A DNA stretch of 64,000 bases from Octopus bimaculoides (Eukaryota): NCBI RefSeq assembly GCF_001194135.2, contig NC_068994.1, positions 22,727,887 to 22,791,886 of the forward strand, given 5' to 3'. How positions within the stretch are numbered: position 1 is the first letter of the stretch; each line of letters opens with the position of its first letter. Below the pieces are notes generated by a model. That model saw only the letters and a list, made by a program, of their open reading frames with translations. It was not told the origin of the DNA and made no database searches. Below are positions 1 through 11,542 of this stretch, piece by piece. Position numbers and translations under genes: made by a program.

Positions 1-470
1 TTATTAGCAAAGCTTTCAACTGAGTCTGACAAAGTTGTACAGTTTTGGATTTCATCCATCTTTTATTTCTTGACTCAGAAGTTACCTGTCAGATTACTCC
101 ACTAAAACATAGTTTGCTCTAATCCACATTATATCAACCTCAGTGTGCAATTTTCAAGATTTTCCACATTCTTCCTTCTCTGTATTAATGGTCATTTGAT
201 ATTACTTCTCACCATATGCTCTTCAATAGATCCCTCCACTCTTCATAAAATTTCAACAGACAAATAACATTCATATTCAAACTAGACACTTCATGCCACT
301 CTTGCACAACTTTTATAAACAGGACTACATTTCACCAAAAGGTATCAGTTTCAGATATTACAAGCAGAACATCAGCCTTAACAGAAAAGTAATTTCTAGT
401 TTAACAAGACCACCAGTGGATAAATACTACCATTAAAATTTCAAGTTTTACTACAACAAGCAATAAGTTT

Positions 471-2330
471 CTTTTTTTTTTTATTATTATCCTAATTAGG
501 TCTGAAGGAAGGAACTACATCCTTAGCTTTCAGGTCATCCAGCAGTAAGACTGATGTTAACATTTAGCTTAAACAGAAGCAAGTTGATGACTTTAAGAAA
601 GATATATATAGAGAGGGAATTCCAGAGGACTAAAGTTCTGGAAAGAAAGGACAGGGTATAACAGTTAGTATGTGTGAGGGGAGGGGATTATATAAAAACA
701 ATTGGAAGAAACAAGTGAATTGAGAGGGCCTGGGTAAAGTTTATATGAGACCAGCCAGCTTCAAAGATAAGAAGTCATTATAGTAGCAGTAGAAAAGGCA
801 GAGGAGTCAGTACATTTCAGGGCCAGAAGTTAGAATGAATCTGTGAGTGAGTGACTTGAAGTCATTAAGTGGCCTTTCACTGGATGTAATCCACAATAGC
901 CATGTGTGCAGCAGCTTGTACTGACCCAGACGTAGAAGCAATACCTCATTGTAGTCTCACCTAAGCTTTGTAGAGGACTAATTGTTGGTGGCTGAAATGC
1001 TAGCAAGGCATAGTATTTCAAGTGATCATAAAGACTCTAGTTATGTGCTGCTCATGTGTGATGAAGTTAGAGTGAGATAATGTTTTCCTGATATGTGCAG
1101 TGATTGTCTTTTTTTTTTTTAATTAGAGCTCCTTATGGCAAGGAGACTAAAAGGATCATCTGCAATTTCAGAAGTAGGAGAGCTTGATGGCTCTGCAATG
1201 CACAGAGGCAACCTTTTCAGTTTGGATGGTCTTACTGGAATTATGATATTGGGTAAGAGCTGTCTAGTTTGTAAAGTGGGTGATTTTCTCCAAGTATTAT
1301 AGGTCATGTATTTTTGCCTAAACTACTACAGCACAGCTGCGTGAACCATTTGGAAAAGTCAGGGCTGTGAGTTTTGTTGTGGCATGTAAGAAGACATGTT
1401 TAAGAAGATGGTTTCAGTAACTCCCCAAGGTTTTGTTGTGTGAGATGTGGGAAGACATGTTAAACAGGATGGCTTTAGCAAGCCATCTGGTGTTTCTGAT
1501 GTGTCAGAAATGAAGCACGTGCTGTCAGGGCAAGAATAAGTGGAATTCTGTTAGTTGGTTAACTTGAAATGCCATAGGATCAGGGACATGTATATGTGGA
1601 GGGGAGGGCATTGCATATGTGCATTTATAGTGGGTAGTTGTAATAAGGCACTAATCAGACAACCTGATGGTTTGATGGTTGCAGAGAAAGTTTTGGTCTG
1701 GTAGAGGATGTATTTAGGTAAGAAAGTGACCAAGGGAGTCTGGCGAGTCTGTGTGTTGGTTAAGGAGCGAAAAGACTTGTTTCTGCATTGGTATCATCAA
1801 TATGGGATGTGTATGAGAGCCAAAGAAGAGTTGTGAGCATTGAAGTCTTCACTGAATGACTTCAGAGAGGAGTGAAGGTGAGCTAGGTGTTCTCAATAGT
1901 TGAAAAGTTGTTAGTGGTTTGCGAGGTTTGAGGAAGGAAGCAAATTTGGAGGTGGGAAGGCTGGCTTTGAGCCAGAGTAATTGAAAGTCTTCATGACTGA
2001 GATCCAGGTGAAAGAGATGAATGTCAGGGAGAGGGAAATTTATGTATGACCTTTGAGTAAAAAAAGTATATCCTTACAGTAGAGACTGATAAGATAAGAT
2101 TTGTCTCAGAGGAACAAGATGTGAAGTTAGCATATTCATAAGAGGTGATCTTGGTGTTCATGGATGTTAGAGAGAAGGAGGGAGAATTGTTTTTATTTCT
2201 GGCATCTAGTGAAGTGTAGCAGGTATCAGCTCTTTGTGTGGTCACGCTAACTTCTTGTCATGAGCTGGGTCTGGAGGTTCACAACAGAGTGAACTCTTTT
2301 AAAGGCTTTTATGTATCAGGCTGTAGTGTT
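471..2330 (-). mobile_element. Degenerate CR1/Jockey-group non-LTR retrotransposon (endonuclease remnant to RT C-terminus and A-rich tail)
   Basis: Broken minus-strand ORFs (830-1021, 1119-1307, 1551-1733, 2024-2245) read like LINE ORF2 pieces, e.g. PTISPLQSL..TMRYCFYVW and HLTYNTWRKSPTLQ. T-run at about 471-482 would be the A tail. Clade assignment is from memory of similar ORF2s. Confidence 0.65.
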
Positions 2331-5300
2331 AAACCGGGTAGCATGATGTACCTACCACACAAGTTAGGAAACACGTTACCATGTGTCATTTAAATTTAAA
2401 ACTTGAAAAAAAATTCATCTTACAAGAGAAGATGTTAATTTAAAAGCGATTTCTTTTGGCAAAACTCAAAACCAATTTTTACAAATGATATGGAAAATTG
2501 ATTCCCCTTCGCATACTACTGGTATTCATGATGTTTCTGTTTAAAAGTTTAACTTTTTAAAGAAATTCTTGTAAATGCTGCAACTTTTGAATAAAGCATT
2601 TAAAAGAAAAGTAATTGTCATTGGCGTTACTGAAAAGAAAAACTAGATCTCTTTAACAAATGGTATACAGAGAAGGTAACTTCATTATCCATGCAAAGCA
2701 AACGAGTTCGAAAAATTAAGAGTTTTGATGGTAGTTGCTTGTCTGTGTAAATACAGCTTTATATTCATATCTTGTTTTGGATTAGAATTTCCGAAAATTT
2801 CAAACTATCTAAATTTCACGGCATTTAAAACTTTCAGCACATGAAATATTTTCATGAGATACAAATTAAAAAATAATAATAAAGAATGAATGAAAAGGCA
2901 ATCCAAAGGCCCACCAACACTGGTGTGAAATGTATAAGGAAAACTTAAAATTTCCGTTTTATAAACAGAATTATTCGATCTTATTTCTTTTTCGAAAAGT
3001 GCTTAATTTCAAAAGGTATTGAGGTATTATATTAACTAGAGAAGACAGTGTTCAATTCTAAGCATACTTACCCCATAATCGCAACTCACAAAGTGAAGCG
3101 TCGAAATATTATCCATATCATCTGGGAAAATGATAGTGAAATATGAAAGATAAATCATTACAGCAAACCACTGGGAATGATCAAACCAGTGAACCAAATG
3201 GCCGGTGTTTAAACTGAATTATATAACCTAATTAAAATAAAATCCTTACATGCTATATCTGTTGCATATTTTTGAATATCAATGTTGTTTCTTGTTTTAT
3301 AGCGAAACACTAATTTCAGTTAAGTGCTACATTTTAAACATATTTACGAAAATATCGCAAGAAGAAAACAATATATTGCAGAGAACACTGTAATTATCAA
3401 TTAAAAACATCAATAGACATATATAAGAACACTTCAAATATAAGAATCCATTAGATAATATATTTACGAAAACATAACACTCACTATTTTTCGTATGTGT
3501 ATGTATGGAACTGCTGTCATTTTAAGTTATAAATCTATTCATTAAATGGCCCCGAGTCACTCCCAGCAGACTTGCTATTCGAAATTAGACATACTGAACA
3601 TTTATAGTTTATCCAAATCACAACTCAGTCAATGAAATAATTTAGAGAGAAAAGTAGTAACAGATTCAGTTAGTCAAACCAAGGTCTACAGACATTCTAA
3701 CCTAAAGAAAATCTACCATTACTAGCTATTCCCTAAACTTTTATATATACATATATATATATATATATGTATATACACACACGTATATGTGTATGTGTGT
3801 ATGTATATGTGTGCGTATGACTTCAATCAAGAAATATTTCAGCGTGCTTACGTAGTGTTAATATAATAAAATCAAGCAACTGTTTGAGTAACATACGGAA
3901 GAATCATTACAATTACCGGCCATTCATATGTTTAAGTCGGCTAGTGACAAGTTGGCAGCGAAGTGTACTTACATTGTAAGCTAGTGGTGAAGTTTTTCAT
4001 CGTTTCCTATGCAGCCATTTTTTTAAGGGATGGGGATCCTGTCTAATTTCGACATAAACAAAGGGGAGACAACTGCAGACACCGAGATCTCGCACCGACA
4101 TGGAGGTCACTTCACACCTGCTTTGATCGTTTCCTCTTTAACTCTCACCAATTTCCCCATTGATCACTGTCAAACCACTTCATAATGCTTCAAAAGGTAT
4201 TTTCAATGGTTATAATTTTTTTAGAAGTTAATTTTTCCTTTGTTTTTCCATCGTTTTATAATCATCTTCAACTGAAAAAACCGGTCACTTCTAAGACCTG
4301 ATTTTATATAATTAACTTCTATTTCCGTCGACTATCTCATACCACAATTATATTCTATGGGATAAACCAAGTAAAATTATTACAAAGCCGTTTTTCAGAT
4401 GTCTTATTATTCTACGTTTTCTCTTATTTAGTTTCATTTATTTCGTAGAGTTTTATGAATTTAAAGCTATTTCGTTTATTTATTTATTTTTTTATATCTT
4501 CGTTTTGTTAATTTAATTCAATCGAGTTGCTAAATAGAATATTGTGCTGAAATAATAAATGAAACTGATGAGAATGATATTTAATCGCAAAACTTTCATC
4601 CGAAATAAGAAATTGATTAGTAACAAAGAAAACTATTTTCTGTGTCAAGTAAATAGTTGATTGTTCTCTTGAATGGGGAGTTGTTAGTACGACACTGGAA
4701 TGGTCTCCGACTTATTGTCCGCCTTTTCCATATTATTTGTCCTCCGTCTGAGACAATCAACCGCATTGTCCCGCTTTATTTCAGTTAATCTAACCCTAAG
4801 CATTTTCTGTTTAAAAAGAAATCCGCATTTGGTACCATGATTAGTACAAATAATTGTTTTAATACGATGCAAGTTATAAACAAATTTATTATAATCAAAA
4901 TATTGTATGATATGACAGATAAAGAGTACACTTAATAATAAGTGATTTATAACTTGCAGTAATGGTCTTTTGATAACGTTAGTCTGAATGATCGAAACTA
5001 GTTCTTTCACTGTTAGTTTTATACTGATTGCTGCTGATTCAACGCATTTCTAATTTCTAAATTGCAATTTATTTCATTATCAAGAATACATGCTGATATT
5101 TAGTGGAAATGGATTCATTTGACTTATTTTATCTTACACCACTGCATTTGGGTTGAATCTGTCAAATGTATTAATTGTAGTATTGTCTAAAGAAGGCGTA
5201 TTTGACTAAGATTATGTTGCAGATAGTATGTGTATATTACTTTATTATTGTTATACTGATGTGTTTGTCTACTTTTATAGCGGATCCCTTGTCTTATTCT

Positions 5301-5559
5301 CGTTATTAGTTACTTTTTATATTTTTATGTGCTAATAATTGATCGATTCAGTTTATGGCTATTACTTAGCTCCCTTTCCAAGTTAGGTGACGAGTGACAG
5401 AACTGATTACATTGATTTTTTTTAATAAACTTTGCGTTAACTTATTTTACCTTCAAATATGTCTTTCTAGCTAGTGAAAAGAAAGATTGATCGTCGTTAA
5501 TTTTCAACACGATCTGTTTCTAAATCGATTATAAGTTTGTAACAGTTGTCAAGCTAATA

Positions 5560-5572
5560 GGAAGTGACGTCA
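5560..5572 (+). promoter_or_regulatory. Overlapping ETS-CRE composite motif GGAAGTGACGTCA in the candidate promoter/first-exon region of gene 1
   Basis: Perfect TGACGTCA palindrome overlapped by GGAAGTG, in a CpG-retaining unique region; GTAAGT donor-like site at 5607-5612. Confidence 0.45.
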
Positions 5573-5666
5573 GACTGCGTTTCGGCTTTGTTTCTAGTTT
5601 ATTGTTGTAAGTCACATGGAAGCTCCACTTTGTTACAGTTGTCAACCATACTGAAACTGATACTAG

Positions 5667-5669
<3 letters not shown>

Positions 5670-5709
<40 letters not shown>
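5670..5709. repeat. Poly-T tract (about 40 nt)
   Basis: Direct reading. Confidence 0.95.
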
Positions 5710-5710
<1 letters not shown>

Positions 5711-6422
5711 TATATTTATTTTGTTTTAAACAGTTTCTCTCAGAAATAAGCACACATGGCAGTTTGTTTCCTAACACTTTTTCAACGATGACGTTCCACC
5801 TCATTCATGTCTTAAAACTGTGAAACTTCTAAATAATTTTACTTTATAACTTTCGTCAGTGTTCTTAAGCCAGTTATGGGTTAGTATTGTAAATCTCACT
5901 GCATCCCGAAGTAATGTTGGTGACATCCCATTAGAAATGTACTGATCTGATACGCTACATTTTGTTGTATTAGAAAATGTTATTGTCTCAATGATGTACT
6001 TCCATTTACTGTTAGTTACAGATAATGTGACTGAAAAGAAGAATGGGGCAACCAGTGAATAATCTGCATATCAATGGAATAAGAATCACTATCCGAAGGA
6101 ATTCATGTACATGGTGGTATGGGGTCGATAAATCTCCAGAATAAGATAAATCTGTCTAACCTATTGGCTTTAGATCCAGTCTCAAATTCTTTATTAGTTT
6201 CATTTGGAGAAAGGAGCTGTACTCTTGGCCTTTTCTCCGGGTCAGGTTTTTGGAGACTGGTGAGATTGATGTTGTTAACTGCAGCCTAGACTGTTGCAAG
6301 ATGACGACTGCAGGAAAGGCGTGTGTAGGGAGCGAAGCAGTATGTCACGTTTTTTTCCTGGGAAGTGTTCTTCATAAACGACTTGGTGTAATCATTCGTC
6401 TGAAAATACAGATACAATGTCT

Positions 6423-6703
6423 GGAACAGTGGTAAGTATCAAATATGATTCTCAGAACAAGTAACCAAGGAAAACAATTTTAATTCCATGGGATTAACTA
6501 CTGAATACCCCGATCCAGTTTACAGGACTTATTTCATGCAAATAAGGGGCCTACAACTTCTCGTTGATACATACCAAATTGAGACAGCAAATTTTTGAAG
6601 TCCAATATTTTTTCCAGTTTAGATAGTCAAGAGCAGTTACCAGCAAGATTATTTTCCTTGGTTACTTGCTCTGAGAATCATATTTGATACTTAATACTGT
6701 TCC
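6423..6703. mobile_element. MITE with about 53-bp terminal inverted repeats
   Basis: GGAACAGTGGTAAGTATCAAATATGATTCTCAGAACAAGTAACCAAGGAAAA at 6423 matches the reverse complement of about 6652-6703 with about 3 mismatches; no clear TSD. Confidence 0.8.
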
Positions 6704-8000
6704 TTTCTAGTTGTTTCAAAGTCTTGTTTGTCACCAAATGAATTTTTTTACTTTTTTATTTTGTATCTCAACTGGTGAACGTGGGTGTCGTTGGTTTTCA
6801 ACATGCCAGTCACTGATTGATAGTGACAAGAATAAATATCACAAAAGACTTCTTTCAAAGAACACCTAATTTTTGTCTTTCTAACTTGATCTATATCAGT
6901 GTAAGATAGATAGATAGATGCAAAGTTTTCATATTACAAAGTATTTGTCAAGCTTAAGCTGTGATTGATGGCAATTAAGGCACTGTGCAATGAGATCACA
7001 TCCACAACGTTATTACAAAATGAACTTCTGGATCCTAGCCTTATGTGGTTTCAATTTTTTTTTTTTTTTTTTGTGCCTGCATCAAGTACTCTACCTTTTG
7101 TTTTGATTGCTCAAATTCTCATGGCCATAATGTATCTGTAATATTGTCAAAACTGCATCTAAAATCTAGGCTTTGTTTTCACTGTCACATATTTGAGGTC
7201 TGATCATTTGATTACACTATAAAGCTCAAGTGTGACTCGCATAAAAGTGATACTTTCATATCCTTGACAGTGCAGCTGCTACAGCTACAAATATTCTAGG
7301 TTGCATCCAGAAATGACCATCCAGTTGATTGGTACAAATTCACTCTAAAGTGCTACTGTCATTCACCCATAGACATGACCTTTCTTTTACTACTTCTACT
7401 ACTATAGTAACTCCCTACTCTTCTGAACAAGTCCATTTAGTGCACCCATCTCTCCTCTGCAACATCTCTGTTATGTCTCATCTTCCAAATCCTACGTTAA
7501 ATGCTTCCTGTCAATCCTCATTGTAGCAGTCCTCTAGAATCCCCAACAAACATTAGTCTATAGAAGTTTAGGCCTTATATCAACTATGTCAATCTTCAAG
7601 TGTGTAGGAGGGCATGAAAAACATATCTCAGGGAAAATAACCCTATTCAAATGTTCTTAACAGAGTATCCTTGTTTGTGGGCCTTTGATTATGTTGTTTA
7701 AATACTTTCAAGTACTTGGTATTGATGTTGGGAGCATCTTGATATGTAGGTCAAATGTAAATTGCATGCTTAGTATTAGTAATAGGATAAGAGGTATGCA
7801 TGTGAGAGAGGCAGTTACTAAAATCTCAAACTGATGAACCAAGTCTTTGAAGTAGCTGATATAGTTTTAGCAAAGTTGAAACAAGTCGCTAAGGTGTAGT
7901 TTCAGGTTTTGCCAGAGTGTTGAGCTACGGTATTTTTGTTGAAAATTGATTGAAGTGATAATGGCATTGTCTTCAGTCTCTTTATATTTATTACAGCTCT

Positions 8001-8220
8001 AAGGCAGCGAGCCGGCAGAAACATTAGCACGTCGGACAAAATGCTAAGCGGTATTTCATCTGTCTTTACGTTCTGACTTCAAATTCTGCCGAGGTCAGCT
8101 TTGCCTTTCATCCTTTCAGGGTCAATAAATTAAGTACCACTTGCGAACTGGGGTTGATCTAATCAACTGGCCCCCTCCTCCAAAATTTCAGGCCTTGTGC
8201 CTAGAGTAAGAAAAGTATAT
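8001..8220 (+). mobile_element. tRNA-derived SINE (family with GCCTTTCATCCTTT..GGTC.ATAAA..AAGTACCA core, Deu/Nin-like)
   Basis: A-box-like GGCAGAAAC, B-box-like TTCAAATTC and a conserved core. Further copies at 16275-16405, 34570-34660 (-), 46556-46620 and 48968-49195. Confidence 0.8.
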
Positions 8221-8590
8221 TTGTTACAGCTCTTGAGGTTTTATCATGACTTCATGATTGGTTATCCCTGAGAACTTTTATTCTAGTTCTCATTGCAAAA
8301 TTTGTGAGAGTTGCAAAGAAAAGTTTCACACCTGAAAGCATGGTCTGGATTGCAAAAGGCCTGATGGTGCTAACATGACATAGACCAAAGTACTAGATAG
8401 CAACAGTGAGTATACAATACCAGTGCTATCTGGGAGCTAGCCTTGCTAAATTTGTAGGAAGTCAATAAGTAAAAGCTTGAAACTATGTACACAATGCAAC
8501 CAATTTTTACTTTATATGCGTGGTGAAGTCTCTGGCTGGCTAACACAATCAGTATCTCAGATGCAATAAATGAACAGCTTTTGAATTACT

Positions 8591-8819
8591 TTAACCCTCT
8601 AGCATTTACATTTCTCTATCAGTTGTAATGCTTATTTATTCATATTGTTTTGAATTAACTATGCATTGTCTCATAGTTTCGAGATTTTGAAGATGTAGTT
8701 GTTTAGTTTTAGAATAACATTGTAGGGTAGGTGTGAGAGGCTGGATCTGGCCAGTTTCAGCATAAAACAAGCTAGAATATTTTGGCTGGATATGACTGGT
8801 TTAAATGCTAATGGGTTAA
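8591..8819. mobile_element. piggyBac-type MITE
   Basis: TTAA|CCCTCTAGCATTTA ... TAAATGCTAATGGG|TTAA: TTAA duplications at 8591-8594 and 8816-8819 flank 14-bp TIRs. Confidence 0.85.
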
Positions 8820-9479
8820 GTATTATAAATAATGCTAGGGTTGTAAATAAAATATGGTCGCTAGAAAAGTGCAAGATTTTCTCTCTTTGCAAAAAGCAAA
8901 CTGTGATTTGTGCATAGGATTATATGATATTGCACAATAATGAGACATGAGAATCAAATGTAAGTGATTTGCAGAAGAGAAAGGTGTGCAATATCCATTG
9001 GATAAAAGGCAGAGCTCAAACAGATTGAGAGTTTAGCGAAGGACTAAAAAATAGTTGATGTTTGCAAAAGAGAGAGTTGTACATAAATGTGTAGCATGTA
9101 TAGATGATGTACATTAATAAAATATCATACACAGAAACATCATAACAATAAAAACGAATGATACAGGGAAAAAAGTTCAATGACACCACAGTGAGGTGTG
9201 TGTATCTGTGTGCTAACCAGCAGATCCATTCAACTTACTCAGTTATGAAAAACAGATGTTAAAATGTCGATGTTTCTCAAACTGGGAGTTGTGTTAGAAT
9301 TGTAATTATTATATTTTTATTTACTGAGTGTTCTAAAATATTCTTTCTTTGGAGCTCGAAGCCTTTCTGTCTTTTCCATAATGTTTTTGTAATCTTCCTT
9401 TAGTTAAGAGTTCACGTTTTGTTGACTCTTTTGAATCTTAGTTCTCTGTACTTTACATCAGTTTCAAATGTTCTTTTCA

Positions 9480-10080
9480 CACTATCACTCAGTGCAAGCA
9501 TGCCAGAAATGTTTCTCCACATTTATAAAATATCATTTAAGCTAGCTCAGAGATGATATTGAATAGATTATTAGTGAGTGAGATATATAATTGTCCAAGT
9601 ATATAGAGTAAGGACTTGTGTGTGCTCTATCAATAAATACTGTTGTGATGTGTCTTTCAATCCAGATAATCAGTAACAGATGTAGCTTATAACTGAGTGA
9701 CATTGAGAAAAGATTTTTGTATAAATTAGAGTTGAAAGTTTTGTTGATGTGAAGAGTAAAAATTCATGGAATGATTGACCACTGTGGAAAGTAAAAGATT
9801 CAAAGTGAAAAAACAGTGGGTTACTTAGAAATATTTATGTGATAGTTATGAAATTAGCATAATTGCTTGGGGTGTGTTTAAAAGTAATGATTAGCACAAG
9901 TCTACTTGGAATTACACAATTTACAAGTATAAGTTGAAATGTCAACTAGAAACAATCATTTTTAGAGCTTTAATGGCTAAAAAAAGTTATACCTAGTGAT
10001 GTGAATCATTTGTGGTAATGGTGATAAAAGGAAAGTAGAGAAAATGAACCTAGAAAGGAGTTTGTTGTATTTCTAAAAAA
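9480..10080 (+). mobile_element. Very old LINE RT remnant (RTE-like)
   Basis: Fragmentary resemblance to RT motifs (IV..Y..K....C, DxEK.F); no intact ORF. Confidence 0.3.
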
Positions 10081-11542
10081 GTATAGTGGGTGTTAGTATT
10101 TTGAAAATACCTCATGGAATGACAACTGTGCACTGCATAGTTACAGGCTGTCCTTTGGCAACACATAGCACCTGTTCAGCCACCCTGCTAGGGATATGGT
10201 GAATTCATGGAAACTGCAGCATGGCTGATTGTGAAGAGGTAGCAGAATAGCTAACTGAGCCAATGATGCTTCTTACATTGATGCTGAGTGGAGGAATCTT
10301 AGAAAATCAATGGTCAGAATCACCAAGCTGTATCGAGAGAGTAACTGTAACACATCCATGGGGGTTGCATCCATGTTTGTGTAATTCACTATAACTCAAG
10401 CTCTTAATTCATATTCATAATAGAGGAATTGGGTGGCAACATAGTCATGGAAATCTGCAAAAGCAGTGAAAAGAAAATATTGGGTGCAAAATGGGCAGTT
10501 TAGTGACATACTGAAAAGTAGCAGGAAAGTTTGTCAAATTTTTTTTATATCTCAATTACAGCAGACCAAAATGCATAGCTATCTGAAGTTGAGAGAAAAT
10601 GAGAACTTTCAGAGCACAAAAACTCCTTTTACTGTCAAGATGCTTTTTAGTTGATGTTTGTAATTTCTTCCATATGTTATATGGGTGTTTATATTTTTAT
10701 CTGTATGTGAACAGCGTAACTTCTTGGTAAATCATTTGGAGTTGTATGTTGTAAGTGGAGAAGTTTTATTATAAGAGCTGGCTTTAAAAAACCCGCAAGT
10801 GTACGTGTGTGCTCTTTGCTATAATCTAAAAATATGGTTTTGCCTCGAACCTTTTCAATCTCAAATATTTCTTTTTGTTATTTAGTTCTTTCCATTTCTT
10901 AGCTTCTAACTCTGGCCAATTGCTGTATGGGTAATGTAGTTTTTGAAGTGCTTGGAAAAAGCCCCTAGAGAATTGGTGTGCTGTCATCTTATTTGGAATT
11001 ATATATTTGCACCGTTATGTTAAAACCATTCTTGCTTTGTCATGGGCTGCATTTCTAAGATGTAAGGCTTGAATATGCAGTACCCATTTCAAATTCTTTA
11101 AAGAGTTTAGGGATATACACTTAGTGATTAAGTAGCTAATACTATGTTGACAATATAATCAATACAAGTTACAAAATCTAAGTAGAATAAGCTAGTTCTA
11201 ATAAATATATATTTATTCAAAAACGTTTTATTTTTTCTAAAATTATATTTGTAAATGTTAAAATAATTTCTAACTATAATTTTTCAGGTTTGTTATACAC
11301 TGAATAAGTAAACATTCCAAGTGATGTCTCAGCATGGCGTTTACAAACTTGAAAACAAGTTTAATTCAACTTTGTTGCTGAAGCTTCTTTCCTTCTCTAT
11401 GTCTGATCTTTGAAATAGAAGTTAAATTGGATGTTAAGCATCATACAAAGTCAATATTTTGCAGGTGGAATTAGTAAGACGACTTAAAAAGATTTAAACA
11501 TTTCTATGACTGTCTAATTCCAGTAGTCACAGTTTTGGCTTC

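Noticed and set aside
4684-5010. 108-aa minus-strand ORF
   Set aside because: No recognisable domain; AT-rich chance ORF with a TTG/GTG-type start in a putative promoter region.
7826-7870. CTGATGA...GAAG motif (similar isolated CTGANGA hits at 27779, 36325, 51311)
   Set aside because: Lacks GAAA and/or paired stems; expected by chance.
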